Source: Ministeria vibrans ATCC 50519
Taxonomy: Eukaryota > Protista > Filasterea
Assembly: GCA_943704425.1 (NCBI GenBank)
Contig: CALSCP010000386.1
Coordinates: 8,723-46,841 of the forward strand
DNA length: 38,119 nt
Reading direction: 5' to 3'
This document shows positions 1-10,644 of the stretch, one piece after another (positions within the stretch are counted from its first letter, which is position 1; each line of letters starts with the position of its first letter). The translations under genes and the position numbers were made by a program. Under the pieces are notes generated by a model. That model saw only the letters and a program-made list of their open reading frames with translations, searched no databases and had not been told where the DNA came from.

Positions 1-100
1 AAAGATCAATGATCTCGACCGAAAGACTCACGACTGACAAAAAATTTATTCTTCATTAAGAAGCCCATCAGCTCATCTTTTGACCCATTGATTAACCAGA

Positions 101-454
101 ATGGTACGGCGTGTCTTGTGCGCTCTGGCGTGTCCCAATAACAGTTCGTTGTGCGTTTTCCAATGTTGTAGACTTCCCGCGAATCTGCCAAGGCCGCTGC
201 GCTGCGCTTCATCGACTTTGTCAACAAGAGCCCAACACCGTACCACGGTAGGAAACGCAGCGCTGCCGTGGATGGAGCTAACAGCGCTGTTTCGTCCGTT
301 TTTGTGCTGCAGCGGTTGAGACGGCGCGTCAGACGCTCTGCCGCGCCGGCTACGTCGAGCTGAACGAGCGCGAGCCGTGGGAGGGCACTGTGCAGAAGAA
401 CGGTCGTGTATGGGCGCGTGTTTCACAGGACGATTGAATGCTCAGTGTTAATGA

Positions 455-551
<97 letters not shown>

Positions 552-2613
552 GTGTGTTTGTGTGTTCGTTGTGTAGTACTTCTTCACGCGCAACCGTACA
601 ACCATCATTGCTTTTGCAGTGGGCGGAAAGTTTGTGCCAGGCAATGGTTTCAGCATCATTGGCGGTCATACAGACAGCCCCAACTTGCGCGTAAGAAGGC
701 GAGCAAGAGAGGAACAGAGAGTGGAGGAGGGAGAAACCAAGTGATATATATAATTATAGTAGAAAGAAACAAAGTGATAGAGTGATAGAGAGTGTGTGTG
801 GAGGAGAAAGGACAAAAGTAAACCAAAAGAAAATGTTTGCCTTTGCTGTAGGTGAAACCAGTGAGCAATGTGAACAAGCATGGCTACCGCAGTGTGGGTG
901 TGGAGACGTACGGCGGTGGTCTTTGGCACACTTGGTTTGACCGGTACATACACAAGAAAGAAAAAAAAGAAAGAAAAGAGTTCAAAACGTCTAAGTAATA
1001 ATAATGGAACAGTGATTTGACAGTGGCGGGAAAAGTGATTGTGCACAACAAAACCACGGACACGTACGAGACACGACTGGTGCACGTGGAGCGACCCATT
1101 ATGCGCATTCCCAACCTGGCCATCCATCTCAACCGTTCAGTGAACAGCGAAGGATTCAAACTGAACACGGAAACCCATCTCATTCCGGTAAACAGCAAAC
1201 AATGTGTGTGTGTGTGTGCGTCTTTCTGTGTGGGTGCCTAAATGTAAACTTGTGTGTTGTGTAGGTGATTGCGACGAGCATTCGTGAGCAGTGTGAAATG
1301 CCAGTGGCGGAACCAGCCGCGAAGAAGCAAAAGGACGACTCTGGTGAGTGAGGGAGTGTGAGTGTGATGTCAACGGATCTCGTCAGTCACACATATCATG
1401 TAGGACACGCGACACAGTCGTCTAAGCACCAGTCTGTGCTGATGCACGTGCTGAATGAGGCTCTTGCGCTGACCGACGATGAGTCTGTGGGTGATTTTGA
1501 CCTGTCGTTGGCTGACGCAGTGCCTGCGACTGTCGGAGGGGCCTTTGAGGAGTTCATCTACGCGCCACGCTTGGACAACCTTATGAGCTGCTACTGCGCT
1601 CTCGCTGTACGCAATTTCTCTCTCCCTCTGTGCGTGTGTGAAGGCTGACTTGTGTGTCTGTGCTTGCGTCTCACTCACGCTCTTTCTCTCTCTCACTCAC
1701 TCTATCTATCTGTGTGTAGGCGCTGACTGCGGAAAGCACCGAGGCGACACTGAGTGATGAGCCTGGCGTGCGCATGATTGCCCTTTTTGACCACGAAGAG
1801 GTACACGGACCAATGAGAGGCATGCAGACCCACAGTCTTATTGTATCTATGTGTGTGTGTGTGTACGTGTGTCTAGATTGGATCCAGCAGTGCTGTGGGT
1901 GCGGGTTCTGCTCTACTCGAGTGGGTGTTGCGTCGTCTCTCTGTCTCTGGTACGGCACACACTCACACACACACACACATACCTACCATTTACACACAAT
2001 ACCGAATTGTAGATGACAAGTGTGCGTTTGAGCGCGCAATGGCTCAGTCGTTTATGATCTCATCGGACATGGCGCACGCAGTGCACCCAAACTACCCAGA
2101 GAAGCATGAAGGTACAGCAACAGTAACACACCCGTTTCTCTCTCACAACCACTTACCCTCACCACCACCACCCCCTTTCTTATACTCCAGAGAACCACCG
2201 TCCTGCCATGCACTGTGGCCCTGTGATCAAGTTCAACTCCAACCAGCGGTATGCGACGAGCGCCCACACGGCTGCTCTCCTGCGCCACATTGCTCGCACC
2301 CACGCCGTCCCTATCCAGGACTTTGTCGTACGCAACGACATGCCATGTGGCTCCACCATTGGACCCATCATGAGTGCGAATCTCGGAATGCGCACTGTCG
2401 GTACGCACACATACATACACACATAGAGAGAGAGACACACACACCCTCACTGATATCACTGACTCTCACTGATGCGCAGATGTGGGCAATCCTCAGCTGT
2501 CGATGCACTCCATCCGTGAAATGTGCGGGTGCGACGACGTCGTCCACGCCCTCTCTCTCTACTCCCACTTCTTTGTCGATTTCCCCTCGGTCGACCAAAA
2601 GTTTAAAGAATGA
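101..2613 (+). CDS. DNPEP: Aspartyl aminopeptidase (peptidase M18), multi-exon
   Basis: Manual splicing over GT-AG introns (ATG|intron 104-171|[25 protein letters not shown]...) gives M18 motifs [74 protein letters not shown] and [10 protein letters not shown]. Stop TGA at 2611-2613. Confidence 0.96.
457..546. repeat. (TC)n microsatellite in a DNPEP intron
   Basis: About 90 nt of pure TC dinucleotide repeat. Confidence 0.95.
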
Positions 2614-2687
2614 ACACACACAATAAGCCAAAGAGTCGAGAGAAAAGTGTTGTGACAAAAGGGGGGAGGAGGAGAATTGTATTGTGT

Positions 2688-2972
2688 TTAACGGTTAGAC
2701 TTGGCAACACGCTCGAGCTCGTCCTTCTTCTTGATGGCGTAGCTGTTGGAGGAGCCCTTGGCGGCGTTGACAAGCTCGTCGGCGAGGCACTCGCTGATGG
2801 TCTTGATGTTGCGGAAGGCAGACACGCGCGCACCCGTGATGAGCAGGTAGATGGACTGGTTGACGCGACGCAGCGGCGACACGTCACACGCCTGTCGTCG
2901 CACGGTACCGGCCGAGCCAATACGTGTCGAGTCCTCGCGCGGGCCACCGTTGATGATGGCGTCGATCAGGAT
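2688..2972 (-). CDS. RPS5: 40S ribosomal protein S5 (uS7), last exon only; upstream exons presumably in the N gap
   Basis: After an AG acceptor: [44 protein letters not shown]...[39 protein letters not shown], the canonical eukaryotic uS7 C-terminus. Confidence 0.97.
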   Translation of the reverse strand: MLIDAIINGGPREDSTRIGSAGTVRRQACDVSPLRRVNQSIYLLITGARVSAFRNIKTISECLADELVNAAKGSSNSYAIKKKDELERVAKSNR

Positions 2973-3171
2973 CTATCAACAGGGTCCCAAATGTTACTCA
3001 ACATTTCATGACAAATACATCAAGTGCAACACTCATTGCCATTAGAACACATTGAATAACACACACACACACACACACATACATACATCCCTCGTGTGTG
3101 TGTCCCACCTGTCCCACAACACAAAAGACAAGAACAAAAAAAAAAAAAAAAAAAAAAAAAATAAAAAAAAA

Positions 3172-3932
3172 NNNNNNNNNNNNNNNNNNNNNNNNNNNNN
3201 NNNNNNNNNNNNNNNNNNNNNNNNNNNNNNNNNNNNNNNNNNNNNNNNNNNNNNNNNNNNNNNNNNNNNNNNNNNNNNNNNNNNNNNNNNNNNNNNNNNN
3301 NNNNNNNNNNNNNNNNNNNNNNNNNNNNNNNNNNNNNNNNNNNNNNNNNNNNNNNNNNNNNNNNNNNNNNNNNNNNNNNNNNNNNNNNNNNNNNNNNNNN
3401 NNNNNNNNNNNNNNNNNNNNNNNNNNNNNNNNNNNNNNNNNNNNNNNNNNNNNNNNNNNNNNNNNNNNNNNNNNNNNNNNNNNNNNNNNNNNNNNNNNNN
3501 NNNNNNNNNNNNNNNNNNNNNNNNNNNNNNNNNNNNNNNNNNNNNNNNNNNNNNNNNNNNNNNNNNNNNNNNNNNNNNNNNNNNNNNNNNNNNNNNNNNN
3601 NNNNNNNNNNNNNNNNNNNNNNNNNNNNNNNNNNNNNNNNNNNNNNNNNNNNNNNNNNNNNNNNNNNNNNNNNNNNNNNNNNNNNNNNNNNNNNNNNNNN
3701 NNNNNNNNNNNNNNNNNNNNNNNNNNNNNNNNNNNNNNNNNNNNNNNNNNNNNNNNNNNNNNNNNNNNNNNNNNNNNNNNNNNNNNNNNNNNNNNNNNNN
3801 NNNNNNNNNNNNNNNNNNNNNNNNNNNNNNNNNNNNNNNNNNNNNNNNNNNNNNNNNNNNNNNNNNNNNNNNNNNNNNNNNNNNNNNNNNNNNNNNNNNN
3901 NNNNNNNNNNNNNNNNNNNNNNNNNNNNNNNN
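3172..3932. other. Assembly gap (761 N)
   Basis: Run of N flanked by poly-A and poly-T. Confidence 1.
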
Positions 3933-4055
3933 TTTTTTCTGTTTGTTCATTTCAAAAAAAAAACCAATCATTCTCTCTTCTCGCGCTATGCAGTGACTTT
4001 GGCCGTGCGGGGACCGACGCACACGCACACGCACAGGGCGACAGAGCAGCTAGCC

Positions 4056-6680
4056 ATGCCATCCGGGTCCAGGTATGTCACACAGTGATTCTTTTTTATT
4101 TTATTATTTTCCGACTCTGTGTGTGACTCTCTCTCTCTCTCTCTCGTTCAGCCGTTCTGCGTCGCCATCCCGGTCCCGATCGCGCTCGCCTTCACCAAGG
4201 AGATCCCCTCGCTCTCGATCGCCTGCCCCGCGGCACTCTCGCTCGCCGGCTCGCTCACGATCGCGCTCCCCTCGCTCCCACAGACGTTCGCGCTCCCCTT
4301 CGCCACGCCGCCCGCAGTCGCCGCCCGCCCGTGCCGGTCCGCAAAAACGCATTGTACAAGAGTATGCGGCACGTCTTGAGTCGGAACGCGGCCAGCGCAA
4401 GCCACAGACGGATGCTGAGCTACTGCCAAGTGGCGGTGCGTACATTCCGCCGGCGCGTCTGCGTGCCATGCAGGCGGCCATTCAGGACAAGACGAGTGCC
4501 GCCTACCAGCGCATGAGTTGGGACGCCCTGAAGAAGTCGTTGAACGGCCTCATCAATAAGGTGAACGTGGCCAACATCAAAATGATTGTGCCCGAGCTCT
4601 TCTCGGAGAATCTCGTGCGCGGACGTGGCCTTTTTGTGCGCGCCATGCTGCGCGCACAGACTGCATCGCCCACGTTTACACCCGTCTACGCCGCTCTCAT
4701 GTCCATTGTCAACACCAAATTCCCCACTGTCGGCGAACTGCTGCTGCGTCGTCTCATTCTGCAGTTCCGTCGTGCCTACCGTCGCAACCAAAAGGCTGAG
4801 TGTCTCTCGGCCGTGCGCTTCATTGCACACCTTGTCAACCAGCAAGTGGCACACGAGGTACTGGCCTTGCAAATTCTCACGCTGCTCCTGGAAAAACCCA
4901 CGGACGACTCGGTGGAGGTTGCGGTGGGCTTCCTGCGCGAGTGTGGGCTCATGTTGGGCGACGTCTCCCCGCGCGGTCTCGACGCCATTTTTGTGCGTTT
5001 GCGGACCATTCTGCACGAAGGCGAGATTGGCAAGCGCGTCCAGTACATGATCGAAGTGGTCTTTGCAGTGCGCAAGGATGGCTTCAAGGACCACCCGCGC
5101 ATCGGCGAAGGCCTTGATCTCGTCGTGGAGGACGACCAGATCACTCACTTTGTGACGCTCGACGACGAAAACCTCGACGCTGAGGACCGTCTCGATGTCT
5201 TCCGCGTCGACCCTGAATTTGCCCTCAACGAGGACAAGTACGCCAAGATTAAGGCGTCCATTCTGGGCGACGACAGCGACGACGACGATGACGATGACGA
5301 TGACGATGATGAGGAGGAGGAGAGCGATGAAGACGAGAGCGATGAGGAAGATGCCCACAAGGCCAATCAGACCGGAAGTACGTACCCCCTCCATTGGATC
5401 ATGTGCATTTTTTTTACAACCCGCTTTTTTCTTTTTTAGGTGTCGATGTGGTTGATCTGACCGAAGGCGAAATCACTGAGCTGCGACGAAAAATCTACCT
5501 GACAATCATGTCGAGTCTGGACTTTGAGGAGTGCGCACACAAACTGCTGAAGATGACCATCCGACCAGGGCTGGAGATGGAGGTGTGCACAATGCTGCTG
5601 GAGTGTTGTAGCCAGGAGCGCAGCTTTCTCAAGTTTTACGGGCAGCTGGGGCAGCGCTTCTGCGAGCTAGACCGGGTGTACCAGGAGGCCTTTGACCGGG
5701 CCTTCCGCATGCAGTACGACATGGTGCACCGTCTCGAGACCAACAAGCTGCGCAACATTGCACGTTTCTTTGGCCACCTCCTCGCTGCCGATGCGCTTCC
5801 CTGGACCATTCTCGAGCATATTCATCTCAACGAGGACGAAACCACCAGCAGCAGTCGCATCTTTGTCAAGATTCTCGTGCAGGACTTGGCCGAGTCGCTG
5901 GGCCTGGTCAAGCTCAACGAGCGCTTCAACGACGAGTACATGCGTGACTTTTTCTCGGGCCTCTTCCCGCGCGACAACCCCCGTAACACCCGCTTCGCCA
6001 TCAACTTCTTCACGGCTGTCGGTCTCGGTGGCGTCACCGATGCTCTCCGTGCCCATCTCAAGATTGCGTCCAAGCGAGCGCAGCGCGAGGCCGAGGAGCG
6101 CAATATGCGCACTTTGGCTGGTGCAACGGTGCGTCGCGACGAGAGTGATAGTGACAGCGACAGCGACAGCAGTAGCAGTGGGAGCAGCAGTAGCAGTGGT
6201 AGTGGTAGCAGCAGTGACAGTGACAGTGACAGCAGTGACAGTGATGACGACCGTCGTCGACCGTCTCGTCGCGCTCCCTCTCCACCCCACCGTGCTCCCT
6301 CTCCACCTCATCGTGCTCCTTCTCCACCCCGTCGTGCTCCTTCCCCGCCACGTCGTGATCAACGGTCTCGCTCTCCTTCGGCCCATCGTAAATGGTCTCC
6401 CCCTCGTCGGGATCGTGACCGTGACCGCCGTGATCGTTCGCCACCTCCTCGTCATCGTGACCGCGATCGTGATAATCGTGATCGCTCGCCGCCCCCAGCT
6501 CGCCGTCGCAGTCGCACTCCTCCGCCCGTGCGCTCCGGTGAGTCTGGTCTCGACGCCTACCAACGACGTCGTCTTCTCACAATGCAAGCTCGCGGCGAAG
6601 CGCCCAACGACGATGACAGTCGTCGTTCTAGGAGACGGTCGCCCTCTCCTAACGACGACCACAAGCGCTCCCGCCGCTAA
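4056..6680 (+). CDS. CWC22: Pre-mRNA splicing factor CWC22 (MIF4G + MA3/MI domains, RS-rich ends)
   Basis: [93 protein letters not shown]. Introns 4073-4151 and 5378-5439 keep frame. The start at 4056 is the likeliest ATG, but an exon inside the gap cannot be excluded. The C-terminus has 21-nt repeats coding RAPSPP(H/R). Confidence 0.96.
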
Positions 6681-6927
6681 CCTGTACATACATACATTAA
6701 AAGCCAACAAAGAAAAAGAAAAAAAATAATAATTCGAAACTCAGAAATACAATGACTTGGAATTCTTCTGCAATCTGCATCGAATAAATTTGTTTGATAG
6801 TCTGTGTAGAGCTAGCGCGTGGACTGTGGAGAGGCATCCTACCTGTTGGACGCACTCGGTTGTTTTGGGTTATTGAATTTTGTTTTGGGAACGAACAGAC
6901 CAAAAACATCCAAGAAGGAACGAACGA

Positions 6928-7425
6928 ATGGCGGAGGTGTATCCCTGTGGAGTTTGCCAGCGCCCGGTGGGCGACAACGACAAGGCTGTCGGGTGCGATG
7001 GAGAGTGCGACACCTGGTTCCACATTGAATGCGTGCAGCTGTCGCTGACCGCCTACGAGCACCTGATCGCCGAAGAGCAGGTCAACACACAAAACCACTC
7101 CCGTCGCATTCGCCTGTGCTTCCTCCCCTGTGCGTGCGCGTGCTCCCTCTCTCTCTCTCTCTCTGTGTATTTCATTTCCCTGCCTCCCATCAGCCATGCG
7201 GCGTGCGCGACCCCGTCGCCGTTCGTGTTGCTCTCACCGCATAGCGACGAAACGACACTACCAATACTAATAATAATAAGACGAATAATTTAATGCTTGA
7301 ACTTGCTCCCGCTGTAGGCGAGCTGGGTGTGCGACCCGTGCGGTGTCAAGCAGATGGCAAAGATGCTGGCGCAGCAAGCAAATACCCCGGAACGTTCAAA
7401 GAACCCTCAACAGCAAATCCCTTAG
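6928..7425 (+). CDS. Small (86 aa) stand-alone PHD-finger protein, Pygopus-type PHD
   Basis: Exons 6928-7080 and 7318-7425 (phase-0 GT-AG intron) give MAEVYPCGVCQRPVGDNDKAVGCDGECDTWFHIECVQLSLTAYEHLIAEEQ-ASWVCDPCGVKQMAKMLAQQANTPERSKNPQQQIP*. The C4HC3 pattern is complete only after splicing. Confidence 0.88.
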
Positions 7426-7463
7426 TCTAAAGTGTGTACCCTCAATAGCTCATTGAAAGAAAG

Positions 7464-7850
7464 CTCTCTCTCTCTCTCTCTCTCATTCACTCAGTCGCTT
7501 ACTCACTCTCTTTCTCTCTCTTTCGCTTACTCACACTCTCTTTCTCTCTCTTATTCACTCAGTCGCTTACTCACACTCTCTTTCATTCACTCAGTCGCTT
7601 ACTCACACTCTCTTTCATTCACTCAGTCGCTTACTCACTCTCTCTCTTTCTTTCATTCACTCAGTCGCTTACTCACTCACTCACTCTCTCTCTCTTTCAT
7701 TCACTCAATCGCTTACTCACTCTCTTTCTCCCCCTAATATAATGATTATGCAATCTCATAATAATATTAACATTATACTAGTGTCAGTGTGTNNNNNNNN
7801 CACTCTCTCTCTCTTTCATTCACTCAATCGCTTACTCACTCTCTTTCTCC
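7464..7850. repeat. Degenerate minisatellite (core TTCATTCACTCAGTCGCTTACTCAC separated by variable (CT)n)
   Basis: Several near-identical copies of the core visible by eye. The region includes an 8-N gap with a 111-nt duplication across it (7682-7792 = 7801-7911). Confidence 0.85.
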
Positions 7851-7914
7851 CCCTAATATAATGATTATGCAATCTCATAATAATATTAACATTATACTAG
7901 TGTCAGTGTGTATT

Positions 7915-10341
7915 CTACTCGGCAGGACCCGACGGCTGCGGCGGGTCGATGTCGAAGGAGAGGAACCGCTGCAAGGGGATTGCATCGTGAATTATCAGGA
8001 GAGTGTGAGAGAGGCACTGGCGGGGCGCTGGTTTGAGGGAGAGGCGCGAGAGACGAGCAAAAAGTACGACACAGTTGCGGAGGACAACCATCCATTGGGG
8101 AAGAGTGCGGTGGGGCAGAAAAAGGGGCGAGAGCAGACGCGTGACAAAGACAGCACCCGCGGCGACAGTGCGAATGCAAATGGACTCGTCGAAGTCGAAG
8201 GGAAAGAGGAGAATGAGAGCCAGGTAGTGGGAGAGGGAGGTGAGGTAGGAGGCAGGGGATTGGAGCGGGCTGCTGAGCGGGTGGCCGGGCTGGTAGAAGG
8301 GGCGCAGCTCAAGAGCCGAGTCAAGGAGAGTGGAGATGGAGAGGCGGGTTTGGGCAGAAACCCATGAGCGCAGAACGTCGTCTGTCGCCTGGTCATGGAG
8401 GAGGCGCATGACAAGCGCCAGGGACGGCGGAACGAGCGGCGAGGGAATGGAGAGCGGGCGAGGGGTGTTGCGCGCCGCCAGGAGGGCTTCCTGGGCACAC
8501 TTGCGTACGCGGCGGAGGACATTGGTGCGCACAGAGGCGCAGAGGGGCGGAAAGTGGTAGGAAGCGGTGAGAACGGCTGCGATGTACCCCCACAAGATGT
8601 CACGGAGGAAAAAGAGCGTGTGGAAATGGCTGTGGGGCGGACATTGTGTGAGGGAGGGGCGGTGGTTGGCGGCGAGTTGAAGAGAGCGGATGGCAAGAAT
8701 GACCAAAGAGTCGTCGTCAAAGACGATAGAGAAGGCGGGAGAGGAGTGGGGGAGAAAGAGAGGCGTGGCCAAGTGACGACGGAGGGTCTGGAGGGTGTCA
8801 AAGGAGCTGAAGAGGTCGTCGTGGCTTTTGATTAAGTCGCTGAGAGTGCAGAGGAGGCTGTAGCGTAGGAGAGTGGGGGGATCGGTGCCAGTTGACGAGT
8901 CGACGTGAAGCAGCAACTGCTGCAGTACAGGGTCGCGTAAGAGCAGGACGAAGACACGGACAAAAGCGTTGTCATGTGGGCCTAGAGACGTACTGAAGCC
9001 AACGCTGCGCAGGCGGCTTGTGAAGTACTTGCAAAAGAGAGGGCTTTGGAAGCGCTTGCGTATGAGTGCGACAGAGTCACTGTGTTGAACGAGGGTCTCG
9101 AGGGCATCCGCGGCAGATGGCGGGTCGCACCAGCCAGCGTACGCACCGGAGCGTCCAGTACAGCTGGCAATGGTGACCAGAGGAGTGGCCTTGGAGTTGG
9201 AGAGTACTGCGACATCGAGGATCAGGTCATCGAGGTAGGTTGACAGCCCATCTACCTGCACAAAAGAGCGCAGTACATTCTCTACAAAGAGATCAGCGCG
9301 CGCTTTCGGGATCTGGGAGGAATCAGGCGCAGAGCGGGTGCGTTGGAGGAGGCGAGTGATAAGAGAACCCACATGCGTGTGCGGGAAAATAGGGAGATTG
9401 CGCAGGACAAGGAGACACACGTCAGGGGAGAGCAGCGCGCTCCTCACCAAATAGCTCATGGCATGATCTACCTGCGCTGACGGGGGGGCATCCGCTGGGG
9501 TGTTTTTGGAGCGCTGCTTTGGCGTGCGATAGTGCTGTGGATCCGAGTAGAAGATGCCGGGAACAGACAGGAGGAAGCTGACAATCATTGGTGCCACCTC
9601 TTGGTGCACGTCACTTTGCTCCACCACGACATCCGAAAGACCCAGGAGGTACATAAAGAAGCCGGCGATTTGAAGGTTGTCCGTGTGGCAACTGCACAAC
9701 TGCGTGAGTGCAGAGAGGAAACAGTCGTTGTTGTTGTTGTTGTTGCTGCCCTGTGCGTCGGTGTTGTTGTCGTCGTCGACGTCTCTTACGACATCTTCGT
9801 CGACGCAATCGTTGACGTCGGTGTGTTCATTGCTGCGGTCCTCATTGCGCTCGCTGTTGCTGTAGTTGTAGTTGTTGTTGACGTCGCCTGTGTCACTCGA
9901 AGACGAAGCCGAAATGCAGTACGTCTCCTGCTCGTATTCCTCTGTGCCAGTAGACACACACTCCAAAATCGGTTCGGAAAACCCGTCGTCTGCGTCCTCG
10001 ACGGGGTCGCGCAGGAATTCTTGGTACAGGGCGATGAGACGAGCGGCACATTTGACATCTTCGGCAAAGTCATCTTGCAGCAGCTCATTCACTCTTCTCC
10101 CGCCCACATTGGGCGAATACACGGGAAGCCAGTGTTTTGAATGGCGAATCATCGCGTTCTCGCTCGGCGAGCAGCCCTTGCAAAGCATATTTTCGCGCAT
10201 TGCGTACGCCGTGCCATACGACGGAACAATGTCAATTATTGCCTCAAAAATTTCAATAGGATCAAGCTCAATTTGCAACGCTGCCGTTTTCATCAGGTCA
10301 AAGAGCTCTTTGGCCACAAGGACACGAGGATTTCGGGGCAT
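7915..10341 (-). CDS. Uncharacterised 808-aa intronless protein, Leu-rich, probably alpha-helical
   Basis: Long uninterrupted ORF with ATG, GC-rich, bounded by non-coding repeat and AT-rich DNA. No family recognised. Confidence 0.75.
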   Translation of the reverse strand: MPRNPRVLVAKELFDLMKTAALQIELDPIEIFEAIIDIVPSYGTAYAMRENMLCKGCSPSENAMIRHSKHWLPVYSPNVGGRRVNELLQDDFAEDVKCAARLIALYQEFLRDPVEDADDGFSEPILECVSTGTEEYEQETYCISASSSSDTGDVNNNYNYSNSERNEDRSNEHTDVNDCVDEDVVRDVDDDNNTDAQGSNNNNNNDCFLSALTQLCSCHTDNLQIAGFFMYLLGLSDVVVEQSDVHQEVAPMIVSFLLSVPGIFYSDPQHYRTPKQRSKNTPADAPPSAQVDHAMSYLVRSALLSPDVCLLVLRNLPIFPHTHVGSLITRLLQRTRSAPDSSQIPKARADLFVENVLRSFVQVDGLSTYLDDLILDVAVLSNSKATPLVTIASCTGRSGAYAGWCDPPSAADALETLVQHSDSVALIRKRFQSPLFCKYFTSRLRSVGFSTSLGPHDNAFVRVFVLLLRDPVLQQLLLHVDSSTGTDPPTLLRYSLLCTLSDLIKSHDDLFSSFDTLQTLRRHLATPLFLPHSSPAFSIVFDDDSLVILAIRSLQLAANHRPSLTQCPPHSHFHTLFFLRDILWGYIAAVLTASYHFPPLCASVRTNVLRRVRKCAQEALLAARNTPRPLSIPSPLVPPSLALVMRLLHDQATDDVLRSWVSAQTRLSISTLLDSALELRPFYQPGHPLSSPLQSPASYLTSLSHYLALILLFPFDFDESICIRTVAAGAVFVTRLLSPLFLPHRTLPQWMVVLRNCVVLFARLSRLSLKPAPRQCLSHTLLIIHDAIPLQRFLSFDIDPPQPSGPAE

Positions 10342-10351
10342 TCTATAGCGG

Positions 10352-10390
10352 TAATTATTACAATTATTAAAATAATAATAATAAAAATTA

Positions 10391-10423
<33 letters not shown>

Positions 10424-10555
10424 TAATTATTATTATTAGTATTATTAATAATTTTACTTAGAAGAAGCATACAACCTATAATAATATAATAATATTGTAT
10501 AATATTATAATATTATTATAATAATTATAATATATAATTATATATATATATATTG
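10352..10555. repeat. AT-rich (TAA)n/(TA)n low-complexity intergenic spacer
   Basis: Almost entirely A/T with TAA runs. Confidence 0.8.
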
Positions 10556-10644
10556 TATGGCGCTCTGGCTGTCTTTTCGCGTGGTGATTGAATCATTAAT
10601 AAATATGGGTTGTATTCTTCTTCTCCTTATTCTTAACTATTCGT

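Noticed and set aside
3042-4126. Long ORFs of 314-342 aa
   Set aside because: They are artefacts of translating through the N gap.
4420-6729. Long antisense and alternate-frame ORFs over CWC22
   Set aside because: Shadow ORFs of GC-rich, repetitive coding sequence with no recognisable motifs.
7464-7850. Repeat-spacer pattern resembling a CRISPR array
   Set aside because: The spacers are only variable-length (CT)n, the context is eukaryotic and no cas genes are present; it is a minisatellite.
7682-7911. 111-nt direct repeat suggesting an LTR or target-site duplication
   Set aside because: The identical copies sit on either side of an 8-N gap, typical of unmerged contig overlap.
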